Positions 1-11,297 of a stretch of 64,000 nucleotides of DNA are shown here, piece after piece. The notes below the pieces were generated by a model. That model saw only the letters and a list, made by a program, of their open reading frames with translations, searched no databases and had not been told where the DNA came from. Position numbers and translations under genes: made by a program. The stretch comes from Vicugna vicugna (Eukaryota), in contig MU058475.1 of NCBI GenBank assembly GCA_013265495.1, positions 186,001 to 250,000 on the forward strand, given 5' to 3'. Position 1 is the stretch's first letter. Each line of letters opens with the position of its first letter.

Positions 1-100
1 TGCATGCTTAGCATGCAGGAGGTCCTGGGTTCAGTCCCCAGTAACTCCTCTAAAAATAAGTAAGCCTAATTACCTCCCCCAGCCCCTCACCCCCACAAAA
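1..100 (+). mobile_element. tRNA-derived camelid-type SINE (Vic-1-like), cut by the window start
   Basis: TGCATGCTTAGCATGC..GAGGTCCTGGGTTCAGTCCCCAGT..CTCC body and AAATAAG..CCTAATTACCTCCCC tail; near-identical to the copies at 716, ~10000, 45043 and 48075. Confidence 0.8.
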
Positions 101-246
101 GTATATATATTCAATACCTTATAATGACTTAAAATGAAAAAGGATATGAAAAGGAATATATATATATATGTATAAATGAATCACTGTGCTGTACACCAGA
201 AATTAACACAACATTGTTAATCAACTATACTTCAATTAAAAAAAAA
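101..246 (+). mobile_element. LINE-1 3' terminal fragment
   Basis: GAATCACTGTGCTGTACACCAGAAATTAACACAACATTG..CAACTATACTTCAAT plus A tail; the same end motif recurs at ~16900, ~23150 and ~53070. Confidence 0.8.
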
Positions 247-564
247 CCTTAAAAAGTAAATTAAAATTACAGATTTTCTAAGCCTGTCAGTCTAAGAGAT
301 TTCAGCTGGGTTCCCCCCACCCCCACTTTATACACATTGCAGAGACAGATCATTGTGCTTTGAAATTACTGAATATTCTGAAGTTTCTTTCAGCCATGTA
401 TTGTTTAAGTTTGTTCTCACTGCCAGTTTCTGATCCTGCAGTCGCTGCTGATTTATTTGGCAAAGGGAAGCATGAGTCTTGTAGCCATTGCCAGGGGCGT
501 CTCGTTATTGCTAACCTCAGTCACTCTTAACCTGGCTCTGTGGGAAAGGAGGAAGGCATCGGCC

Positions 565-970
565 TGGGTGAGAGTGTGGACCCTGGACCCAGACTACTCC
601 GGGTCAAATTCTGGCTTCGTCAGTCACTACGTATCACTGATGACCCTTCGGCTTCATCCATCAGTGCCTCAGATTCCTCATCTGTAAAATGGGGATAAAA
701 ATGAGACTTAACTCAGGGGGAGGGTAGAGCTCAGTGGTAGAGTGCGTGCTTAGCATACACGAGGTCCTGGGTTCTATCCCCAGTCCCTCCATTAAAATAG
801 GGAAGTAAATAAATAAACCTAGTTACCTCCCCCAAAACAAAAAATAAAATTAAACTGAAAGAAAAGAGACAACTCATAGGGTTGTCTATGGAGACAAAAT
901 GAGTTAGTTTTCATTAAGCTCTTGGGGTAGTTTCTGGCAGAGAATAAGCACTATCTATAAGCCTGTTAAA
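565..970 (+). mobile_element. MIR element split by a younger SINE insertion
   Basis: MIR core GCCTCAGATTCCTCATCTGTAAAATGGGGATAA at ~666-698; it resumes after the SINE as AACTCATAGGGTTGT at ~871. Confidence 0.7.
716..862 (+). mobile_element. tRNA-derived camelid-type SINE (Vic-1-like), full length
   Basis: GGGGGAGGGTAGAGCTCAGTGGTAGAG (A box), GGTTCTATCCC (B-box-like), A-rich tail; degenerate TSD GAGAC(TT)AACTCA on both sides. Confidence 0.85.
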
Positions 971-2346
971 TAACTTTACATTCATATTTCCTTTTTGGAG
1001 TTGTTTTTTTTTTTCAAGTTTTTCTATCTTTAGGGTTATACCCTCCAGCTGGAACTTGAGGATACTGAATATATGCCCTTTATGTAACACATTCAAGGCT
1101 TGAGACTAGTCCATGGTGGGTACAGACAGATAACATGGCTTTTCTGGGTATTTTAGTTATTTCATCTACAAAATGGTAATAGCTCTAGTCCTGCCTCACA
1201 GGACTGCCCTGAAGGTAAAATAAAACAATGCAAGAAAGCACACTGTAGACTGTGATCGTGTTCTTCCGCACCCTTGTGGACACAGACATACATGCCCCTT
1301 AAAACGCTTCTAAGACTTTCGGGAAGTTGTGAGGGGCATTCTAAAAAGTTAAATTACCCCAGATTAAAATTAGTTCACAGAAGAAAAAGGTCAAATATGC
1401 AGATTATTAAGAGCCTGAACTGAAATCACAAAGCATATATATTATATTTGACTGGTAGTATGAGATTGACCAACTTAATACATTTTTGTGTTTAATCAAA
1501 GAAATTCTGCGTTAAAAGACAAACATAAAAACTTCCCCAAATCACCCCAAATCAGTGATATTTTCACTTGAGAAAGATTCAGCCCTATTTAGAGATTGTT
1601 TCTGGCAATATTCCACAAAATCAAACGTAAGAGTTCACTTATTACAGATAAGAACACACTTTCAGGCTTCACCTGCAGACCGTGTGAAAGGTGATGCTGT
1701 GTGACTAAGCTGCCAAAGAGTCCTTATAATGTCTCAAATATATGGATTTTTATGAATAAGAAACATTTCCTGTTAATTAGTACCTTAGGTGCAAATAAAA
1801 AAAAAATTTTGGCATAGAACTCTAGTCTTCCTATTTAGTTTCCTGATACTTCTTGGTGTCCTTTCCTGAAAATTATGTTTGAAAATACATTTAAAAAATT
1901 CTTACATCATTTAAATCTTTGAAATGAGGCCTTTACCTGGAATTGTTCAATAAATAGTCTGAGTTAATTAAACAGCACTGTTTTTATGCCCATGGGAGAT
2001 TTCATAAGGGGGTCTTCAAAGAAAAGCTGGAAATAGAATCTCACTGAGTAACTCCAGATAGGGAAATACATGTTGTCTCTGGTCAGCAGCTGGCGATCCT
2101 GGAGGTATAAAAAGTATTCGGTGCTATTGTGACTCCACGTGAATGTCAAGAGGAATCACGATTTGAAGCAGGCTGAGCAGAGTACAAGAGATGGGAGGCC
2201 CTCCCTGGGCGTGTCCGGCCTACATAACCGGCTGTCATCCTGAAGAGCGGGGAGCCGCGTGTCACTCTAGAGCAGCCCACACACCCGCCTGTCCTCAGTT
2301 TAAAAGAGATGCCAAAACACTTTTTTTTTTTGGAAACTAAATACAT

Positions 2347-2352
2347 TTTAAT
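2347..2352 (-). promoter_or_regulatory. TAF5L: Probable TAF5L polyadenylation signal (ATTAAA)
   Basis: Minus-strand ATTAAA about 1.13 kb after the stop codon, preceded by T-rich sequence. Candidate cleavage is near 2333, next to a genomic A run. Confidence 0.55.
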
Positions 2353-2950
2353 AGAAAACAAAATACAAAATAACTCTTTTCAGAAAACAGAAATATTTAA
2401 TTCTTTTCCCACAAATTAGAAGTTGCTTTATCCTCAGAGCATAGTCTGTCTGCGCGTGTACGTACTTAAGATTCGTTTCACAGAGTGTTCATTAAACTGC
2501 TACTGCGAAGCAGGAGGTGGGAGGGATGATCTCAGGAGAGCAACACTGGAAAAGCCACACCTCTGAATCATTTGAAAATTCAACATTTTTTAATTCTACC
2601 TTTTGACTTTTCACTTCAAGTTATTTTCATTTCTTTACCACAATCTGTCCTTCCAGGGGAGAGAACTGTTAAGAGAAATGCAGTCATGAAAAGAGTCTTT
2701 CTTTCCCACCATCACTGCGAGAGCCCAAGACTTTCTCAATCAGATCCACCCACCCACTTCGAGAAACGTGTCAGCCAGAGTGATTGATCTGTCACCCAGA
2801 AATTTTCCCTTTCTCCCATACACTGTGCTACCAAATTCTCTGAATTCCCTGAACCTCAAAATTCCAAGTATCACAGCCAGTGCCAGGAGTAAAACCTGAA
2901 AGATGAGAGCAGAGAAGGCCCCCTCTGCCAGTGCTAGGTTTCCTCTTCTC

Positions 2951-2990
2951 AATAATAATAATTATTATAATTATAATAACAATAATAAAA
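2951..2990. repeat. Imperfect (AAT)n microsatellite in the TAF5L 3'UTR
   Basis: AATAATAATAATTATTATAATTATAATAACAATAATAAAA. Confidence 0.8.
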
Positions 2991-3482
2991 AAATCCTGGT
3001 TCTCTGTAATTACGGGAAAGGAAAGACGTGTTGCCAGGATTACCCTGCCCCCTTTCCTAGTGCCCACCCACGCCTTCCTCCCGGATAAAGTCCCTTCCAC
3101 CCGGTGGCCCCGCAGCACTGCTCCCAGTGGGAGCAAACGTCCTTGGACCAAATGCAGCGCCGGGGAGGCGGGGAGGCGGGGAGGCAAGCAGCATCTTGGC
3201 TCCTCGGAAGACGAGCAGAGACAGGGAGGGGCTCGCGCAGGGACACAGTGGGATCTTTGTGATTCTTGATCTCAGGTTCCCTGTCGCCGCCCTTCCTCGC
3301 CCCCAGTCCCTGGACCCTGCGGGGCTGGGTGAGGGCTGACGAGTGAGGGCGGGGTGTCCGTGAGGGGAGCGGGGGGGCGGGGAACTTTCACAGTCAGTGA
3401 TTCCATCGCGGTCTGTCCTCAGACTTGCCACCTGGAGCCCCTGCGCACGCCCCAGTCTGTTGCGACAGAGGGAAAAAAAAAA

Positions 3483-4280
3483 TCAATGCTCCTGATTCTC
3501 TTGCGTGATTCCAGTCACCAGAAGGAGGTTGCAGGCCATGAACTGCACGCTGAGCACGTTGCTCGTCTGGCCGGTGTAGACGCCCACCAGCTCGCTGGAC
3601 GAGCCGTCGGCGGGCGCGCTGCAGTGGGCGCTCCTGATGTCCCAGACGCGCACCGAGTTGTCCATGGACGCCGAGGCGATCAGACTGCTGTCCGGGCTGA
3701 AGGTGAGGCTGGTGATGTTGTCCGTGTGGCCTCGCAGCTCTTTGTACAGGGTCCCCGAGGCCAAGTCCCACAGCTTCAACCGCTGGTCCTCGCCGGCCGA
3801 TGCCAGGTACTTACCGTTGGGAGAGAAGGCCAGAGACAGCACGGGGCCGCGGTGGCCCGTGAAGAGCCTCACCGAGTTCCCCTGCTGGGCGCTCCACAGC
3901 CGGACCGTCTTGTCGGTCGAGCCCGTGGCTAAGTAGTTGGAGTTAGGGTGGAACTTGACACAGTCCACGTCGGCCAGGTGTCCGGCATAGATTCTCAGCG
4001 GGTACGTCCGATCAAACGACCAGAGCCTGGCCGTGCGGTCGTGGGACCCGCTGGCGAAGTACAGGCTGTGCGGGCTGATGTCCAGGTCCCACACGGGGTA
4101 GGCGTGGCCCTGGTACAGCACAGTGTTGGTGAAACTCCCGAGGTCCCAGTACCTGATGGACATGTCTTCAGAGCAAGAGAGCAACCCTGAGCTGTCTGCG
4201 AGGAACCTGGTGCTGTACACTGGCCCGCAGTGGCCCCGCAGGACCTTCATCTCCGTGCCCGCGCTGTCGTCCTCATCGTC
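3483..4280 (-). CDS. TAF5L: TAF5L last coding exon (798 nt), WD40 repeats and stop
   Basis: Acceptor CCCAG|GAC at 4281/4280; [22 protein letters not shown]...GITQENQEH* with repeated GH..W(D/S) WD40 units; TGA at 3485-3483. Confidence 0.97.
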   Translation of the reverse strand, partial: DDEDDSAGTEMKVLRGHCGPVYSTRFLADSSGLLSCSEDMSIRYWDLGSFTNTVLYQGHAYPVWDLDISPHSLYFASGSHDRTARLWSFDRTYPLRIYAGHLADVDCVKFHPNSNYLATGSTDKTVRLWSAQQGNSVRLFTGHRGPVLSLAFSPNGKYLASAGEDQRLKLWDLASGTLYKELRGHTDNITSLTFSPDSSLIASASMDNSVRVWDIRSAHCSAPADGSSSELVGVYTGQTSNVLSVQFMACNLLLVTGITQENQEH

Positions 4281-4754
4281 CTGGGCGGGGAGGGCGGGAG
4301 GAAAAGGAGACACACAAGAAAAGAGTGTTCAGTGCTTTGCCAGGGAAAACAAGAAGTCCCGGGCGGGGGCGGGGGGGACCAACACTGCTTGGGAGAGAGC
4401 GCCTACCCAGTAAACCACTCCTGCCCTTAAGGGTGACTCCAGGAAGACAGCTCAGAATTGAATAAAAAACAAATCACGTCCCTTAAATTCACCTGCAGCT
4501 AAGGCTTTATCAAGTCAAAAGACACAGAGATGCAAGTCTACTACTACAGCGCAAAGACTGGACCTTACTCTTAGGTTGAGGATGACCTAAGACTTGCAAA
4601 AGTCGATCAGAAGGTAGAAGGTAGTTTATGGTAACTTTGTTTGTTCTGATAATGTCACTTGAAAAGATTTAGTCAGTATGCGGATTTCGACTGTGTAGTC
4701 AGTCAGTGGCCCTAACCCCAGAGCTGTTCAAGGGTCCACTGAGTATAGAACAGT

Positions 4755-4962
4755 GAGGTAGATTCTATTATTACCGCCCCAGTCCGTTGCGACAAAGAGG
4801 GAAAAAAAAAACCAATGCTCCTGATTCTCTCGAGTGAAGGAGGTAGATTCTATTATCATCACTATTTTATAGATAAGGAAACTGACATCCATAGAAGTTA
4901 AACAACTTTCCCCAAATTGCACATTAGGTAAAAAAGTGAGGCCTAGATTCAATTCTAAACAG
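4755..4962 (-). mobile_element. MIR fragment carrying a ~63-bp insertion copied from the last TAF5L exon
   Basis: GAGGTAGATTCTATTATCATCACTATTTTATAGATAAGGAAACTGA..AGAAGTTAAACAACTTTCCCCAAATTGCACA resembles the reverse-complement MIR core. Confidence 0.65.
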
Positions 4963-6807
4963 AGTTAACACTATGCCAGAAAGGTACAGTTATCAATGAG
5001 TCAGCCTCACACCTTGTGACCAGGCATAAACTCCTGGTGTCCAAAAAGAAATAAAAGTTTCGAAACCATGATTCTCTGGAGGGTCTCAAATATTTCTCAA
5101 AGTAAAAACAAGGCATGGATTCCGAATTGCTTTAAACAAAGCCAAGTGGTTCCTGTGATTCTTGGAAGTAAATTCCTATGTGTGGGGACAGGAAAGAAGC
5201 CTCATGGCATGGAGGGTGGTGGTGGGAGAGTCCCCTTCCTGATCCTCGTCCCCACAAGGACACTCCGTGTTCAGAATCCATTTGCCCTTCATTCTCTCAC
5301 AGGCAAGCTCCTTAAAACTACAGCGGTCTCAATCCTGGAATTCACACATTGAAAAAGTTTTAATTACACACGAGAAGAATAAGGAGTAAGATAAAGCTTC
5401 TTGAACCAACTGGCTTTGCTGGCTTAGAAATAAATATCTCTGTGAGCCTCTGTACAGGAAAAGGGCACCCTTTCAACTTCTACTTGAAAACCATTAAATT
5501 CAGAATAAAACGAATGCCTCCAAAGTGCACATATTTGAGACAAGTTAAGAGAAAATAAACACTGATGTCCATGAATATTCAAAATGGCTATTCCAGATAC
5601 TCAGCATTAAAAATACATAAGCATTTGGGAGCTTAAGGTTCTACTGAGCGTTACCAAGAATATTAGTGATTTTTCCCTTCCAAAGAGGTTACAACAACAC
5701 TTTAAAATTTCAAGAATGACTCATTGCTCTACACCAGAAAGTTTATGTAAGAACTGTGGGAGCAAAAGACGACCCTAGATGACACAAAGATCCTTTGAAA
5801 GTTAACAGCGGATTGAAGGACACAGTACTATCTCTGAGGCTTAAGTGGTCTCAGTTTGGAGCAACTCGTTGTGGGAGTGGACCTCACCTCCTCAGTGGGG
5901 ACCACCACTGCGCGCTCAGAGATGGAGGGAGGGGGGCGGCCACAAGTCAGGCTGGCACTTCCCAGGGGTCCCTGTGATTGTCCGAAGCCTTTGGAAAAGA
6001 GCCTGGTTGACTCCATAAACCAAGAAATGGGGAAACCAGAATGTTCCTGCTGGCTATCATTATCAGCCCCTTGCCAGGACCACAGCTTAAAATAACCCGG
6101 CCACGTTTTCTTCTGTGGCTTAAGCTGGTCCCACAAGGGCCTCTGCACAGCCGAGCAGAAGCCCCAAGCAAGCAGCTGAACGTGAGCACAGGCCCAGCCC
6201 CGGATTCTCTCTCCTCCCTCCCAGGCCAACACCCCAAACTCCCTGCAAGTGTCAGATCACCCCACAGGAAGTTCCTATTTGGGATGCACCCCACATGCAC
6301 CCCAAACAGGGATGTTTGATTTATAAAGCATATTCATGTAATAATGACGTTCTGTACATCATAAAACATGCTGGAAACAAAAATTTAAAAAGAATCAAAA
6401 GTAAGTATAAACAGATCTTCAAATACCGTCTTCTGTGCTGCAGGCTGCTGACCCTGCGCTAGGCCATGGAATCCCTGAAATCTCTGACTTGCTGTGGACA
6501 TCTGCTTCTGGAATGGGGTGTTCCAGGCACCCCCGCTCACAGTGCAGTCAGTCCTAGATCAGGGGTACTTTTGGGGGCCTGAAATTTAGCCCTGGGCTAT
6601 TCTCCAGTTAGCTGCCAGTGGAATTGAAAGAAATTAAATATGGCTGGACTTGCGGGGTGGGTGGGAAGCAAGCGAAGACACTGCTATCTGTGGGAGACGG
6701 CAGCCCACACTAGGACGGAAAAGGGGACTACGGGTTAGCGTGGAGGGACGCGTGTGCTGTGAGTGTAAGAGACACGCTGGGTTCTAAGACTTGGGACAAA
6801 AAGGGAG

Positions 6808-6998
6808 AATGTAACAGATTTCATTGATTTCTTTTTTTATATTGCCTATATATTGAAATAATATTTTGGCGATATGGCATTGCATCAAACACATTACTAA
6901 AATGCATTCTGCCTATTTCTTTTTACTCTTTTAATGTGACTACTAGAAAAATTTAAATTACATATATGGCTCATGTTATATTCTTCTTGGCCAGCAGA
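6808..6998. mobile_element. MER33-like hAT-Charlie DNA transposon fragment
   Basis: TTTAATGTGACTACTAGAAAAATTTAAATTACATATATGGCTCATGTTATATTCTTCTTGGCCAGCAG resembles the recalled MER33 end. Confidence 0.6.
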
Positions 6999-7534
6999 GA
7001 TGTGACTGGCAGATTTATGCACCAATGACAGAAATGAGCATTAGAGACAACACTGCCTTCGCAATTCACACTGAGAGATGACCAGGCTGGAGGAAGGAGG
7101 ACTCGACCTGACGGGGGCTGAACGCAGGGTGGCAGTGATGAAGGTGGGGTGGGCCCCTCCGCCCACATAACTGGGAAGTGGAGCGGATCCTCCACCTGGC
7201 AGCCGGGGCTTCGCCACGCTGCTTGCACATGGAAAAGCCACAGAGTTACCAGTCAACAAGCGCGAAAGCTGGACCTCACTTCTATCTCCACTCCCTGTGG
7301 AACAAAGGAGGGATCACAGGCCTCGCTCTCCACGCTGCGCGCCTCCAGCAGCAGGAGGTGCTGCTGGCACTGGGGGGGCGCCCTGGTGGGGCCAGCGAGC
7401 AGATTTCAAAGGCTAATCTCGATCATCTTCCAGTGGGGACCACGGGCACTGTGGGGAGGGGCTGTATATCCAGCTGCATGTGGCATAATTAATAGAGAAA
7501 ATTTTATGCTTACATCAGAGCTTTTGGTTACCGG

Positions 7535-8085
7535 TTTTTTTTAAAATATAATTCACATATGATAAAATTCACTCTTTTTAAAGTGTACAATTCAATGGTT
7601 TTTAGTGTATCCACAGGCTTGTGCCATCTTCACCACTAGGTAGTGCAGAAGATTTTCAGCACCTCAAAAAGAAAGCCTGTTCCTGTAGCATTCGCTTCCC
7701 ACTCCCCGGCCCCCAACCCCATTCACCTACCTTCTGTCCCTGTGTTACGCCTATTCTGAGTATTTCCTATACATTTCCTATAAATACCACACGCGGTTCT
7801 CTGTGACCGGCTTCTCTGACTTAGCACAGCGCTTATGAGGTGCATCCACGTTACAGCATATTTCATGTATCACATAGCTTCATTCCTTTTTATGGTGAAG
7901 AGCGTTCCAGTGTATGGATACACCACATTTTGCTTGTCCATTAATCAGCAGAAGGACGTCTGGGCTGTTTCTACTGTTTGGCTGTTATGAACAATGTTGC
8001 CACGAACATCCATGTACCAGTCTACGTGTGGGTGCAGGGCTTCAGCTCTCTTGGTTATACACGTAGGAATGGAACTGCAGGGTAT
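7535..8085 (-). mobile_element. Old LINE-1 (L1MB-like) 3' fragment
   Basis: ATATAATTCACATATGATAAAATTCACTCTTTTTAAAGTGTACAATTCAATGGTTTTTAGT.. through ..CTCTTGGTTATACACGTAGGAATGGAACTGC, typical antisense L1 3'UTR/ORF2 end. Confidence 0.75.
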
Positions 8086-9995
8086 GACCGCTGTTTTAAA
8101 TATTTACCGTTAAAATGTTTTATCCACTAAGTTATGCAACAGTTATTGCTTCACAAAGATTAAAGCAGAGACAGAAACCTGACTTCCTAATTTGGTTTCC
8201 TCAGTGCTTTCCTAGTTCCTTCCATCTCTGAGCCAGGTGACCTCACCACTCACCTGCTTGGCTTCTAAGGCATCTGGGTTTGGGACCTCTGCTTTATTTA
8301 ACAGGCTCGATTTTAATTGTGATGTCTACAAGGAAAACAGAAACCCCAAATTCTCACTGAAGAAACATTAAAAACCAGCTCCACAACTAATGTATATCTT
8401 GCCTTCCCCTCCAAATGCTCCTTGTCAGAAACCAAAAAGAAACCTGCCCCAAACGGCCGTGACAAAATGGGTGGGGATCGGGGTGAGGCTGTGGAAACCC
8501 CTCAACCAGACTAGGAGGATCTCAACTTTAGTCTAAAATTAAAAACAGACAAATAAAAAAACAAAACCAAAATCACACTGTTCTTGAGGAAAGCAGAGGC
8601 TAGAAACTACAGACTTCCAATATGGATAATGAGAAATAAACCAGAAAGATAGCTAAACCGAACCACCACTCCCCTGACGTCCTGTTTTGGCTGAGGTGGA
8701 CGTCCAGCCTGCGACACACGTGCTGCCCTCAGCCCCCCTCCCCTCCTGCGGCCCAGGCCCCGCGCTCTCGTCTGGTCTGTCCACCGGTCCCAGCACCGTC
8801 TGTGCTCCTTACCCGGCCAGCACTGAGCCCGGCCTGCCGCCATCTCTGACCCAGACAGCGGCGCCCTATGGCTTCCTGTTTTACCCTGCCCGACTCTAGC
8901 CAGATTTAATTTCTCTTAGTTCCTGGAATTCACCCCATTACTCTTCACTTCTGGGTCCTCAGATACACGCCTTCTGATGACCTGAGAACCTTCACAGAAC
9001 AAGGCACAGAGCTGGTCTTCAGTGGAAACCAGGGTAGAGCCTTAACGTTTTTTATTTGGCCTAATGTTCTTTCCATCTATCTTTGGTATCTTCCTTTGTA
9101 TTACTTTTTAATGCCTTGAATAAACCCCCAGGCTCAGTACCATCAAAGCTAATAAGGTCCAGTAGGAATAATTTTTTTTTGTGTTTACAGAAAACTAAAA
9201 GTAGACGAGGGCAGTATCTGTCAGTTGTGTGTGAAGAAACCCCAAGGGGCTTGCACTGTCTCCAAGGAAAAGAGAAATCTGATAATTCAAATACACACAC
9301 AGTGAAGTACATTTTGGAAGGCACTACAGAACTCTAGAAATCAATGTTTGCAGACTGGAATGTAGACTCTTTACGCATCATAACGAAGTCCTCTAATTAT
9401 ACGGTCTTAGCTGTACGAAACAAAGACTCAAAGGCCATGCTAACTGGAAGGTGACTCAGAAAACAGGAAGAGGTAAAAAAGGGCTTAACTGGTACACCTA
9501 ATATTCTTTTATTTTTCTGTTTTCTATTTTTTAATTACATCTAATATTCTTGATACCCTTATCAGCAGCTGGTAATTAGCTTGAGTGATTTTTTTAACTC
9601 ATTAATTTTTCAACTTGGTGCAAAGAATTTTCCATCCAAAGTAACCTGAGGCCGAGCCATCTGAATTTCCGTGGCGGTAGGACCAAGGTCCTCTAGCCCA
9701 CAACTCCGGCGGTGCCACTCCCAGGACAGGTCAGCTCCGTGAGGTCTGGTTTCTAGCTCTCCTGGCCTGTGTTTTTCTGAGGCAGTGACCCTCCGTGCCC
9801 TGAACTCGGGTCACTCGCCCTGCCCTTTCCAATGACCACCCCCAGACAAAGCACACGGGATCATGACACCGACCGTGGGCTGAAGTGCCAAGGATGCTTC
9901 CTCTGCGCCTTCCCACACGGGGGCTGGGGGCTCCCTGGGTGAAGCCAGAGGCCATGCACTGGCCCTTAGGAGAGAAACTGGTTCTCGTTTACTGC

Positions 9996-10155
9996 TTTTT
10001 TTAAAAAAATTTTATTTATTCTTGTATTATTTAATTTTAGCGGGGGTGGAGTGGATTAGGTTTGTTTATTTATTTTTAGAGGAGGTACCGGGGACTGAAC
10101 CCAGGACCTCGCATGCTAAGCATGCGCTCTGCCACTGGAGCTACACCCTTTCCCC
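9996..10155 (-). mobile_element. tRNA-derived camelid-type SINE (Vic-1-like), sense to TAF5L
   Basis: Reverse complement of the SINE at 716: GAGGAGGTACCGGGGACTGAACCCAGGACCTC..GCATGCTAAGCATGCGCTCTGCCACTGGAGCTACACCCTTTCCCC with a T-rich tail on the left. Confidence 0.85.
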
Positions 10156-10572
10156 TGGTTTAGTGTCGATGAGACTGGGAAACCGCCAAGTCACAAGAAG
10201 GCAGGCCCTTCGACCCAGGGATCCACTTCTAATGTTTACACTTGCACACATGTACACGCACGCACTTACATCGCAACATTAGCTGATGAAGGTCCTTCAT
10301 CAGGCCCAGGAGCGTTACCCACACTTCAGGTAGTAACATACCTGCCCCTTCACTGATCATGTTCAGTTACTGTTAAACACGGTTTTCATCTCTGCTCAGG
10401 TTAGGCCTGAGCAGGAACTCGCTGGCTGCAGGCTGCACGGCACTCGTCTGCTGTTAGCTACACAGAGAGGGAGACGACGAAGGCCGCTCTCCGCCAGACC
10501 TGCCACGCTCGGTAAGAACAGTCTAAGCACAGAAGTGAGGCAGGTGTAGGGAAGGAAAGGTGAGACTCGTAC

Positions 10573-11297
10573 CTCCTCCTCCAGAATATCACAAGCCAAG
10601 TGGATGCGGGACACGTCCACTTGATGGGGTTCTGATTTTAACTTCTTGGATCGTAAACTCCACAGTTTGATACAGGAGTTGTCAAACCCGGCAGCGAGCA
10701 GCTTGCTATCCGGGGAGATTTCTGCAGTGTTCAGCAGCTGCTCCGTGTTATAGAAGGCATAGAAACAGATGGTGGTGAGGGAGGGGGGGCCGTCCTTGAC
10801 GCGCTTAATGCTCTCCTGCAGGACCTCCAGGGCAGCCTCGTTCTGCAGAATCGGGGTGGGCACGTCGGCGGGCTCCAGGCCGTTGCCCTCGCTTCGGGAG
10901 GAGCTGCCGCTGGCGTAGAGCTGGTAGTCTGTCCTCTTGGCAGGCTGCACGTCCAGGTGGATGTGCAAGGTGAGGACTTTGCACAGGGCGGTGTTGTTGT
11001 CACTCTGGAGGTAGCGGAGAAGGTAGTTGTAGCTGTCTTCCTGGAGGCGGACCACGTACTTGTGGTCCAGGAACGCCCGCAGCCGGAAGTTGGACAGGAT
11101 GTCCTGGATGGTCTGAGTGGTCTGCAGCTGCTCGATGACATCCTTCTGGCTCGCGTTCTGCAGAAACATGCCGTGGAAGCGGCTGTAAAAACTTTCCACT
11201 GTGCTCTTCGGACTGTTCTGGACCAGGTTGAGGTGGAGGTAGACAAAGAGAGGATAGAGGAGAGGCATCACTTCGTGGCTATGCTGGGAGTCAGAAT
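10573..11297 (-). CDS. TAF5L: TAF5L coding exon 3 of 4 (725 nt), TFIID NTD2-like region and first WD40 repeat
   Basis: Acceptor T-tract..ATAG|ATTCTGAC; (D)SDSQHSHEVMPLLYPLFVYLHL...HLACDILEEE; donor GAG|GTACGA; phases match both neighbouring exons. Confidence 0.97.

Noticed and set aside
716..790. tRNA-like sequence with A and B boxes (also near 10085, 45105, 48075 and 59700)
   Set aside because: These are SINE heads with A-rich tails and TSDs, not tRNA genes.
3354..4413. Several 80-192 aa ORFs overlapping the last TAF5L exon on the opposite strand or in shifted frames
   Set aside because: These are shadow ORFs expected from GC3-rich codons; they have no recognisable domain or splice context.
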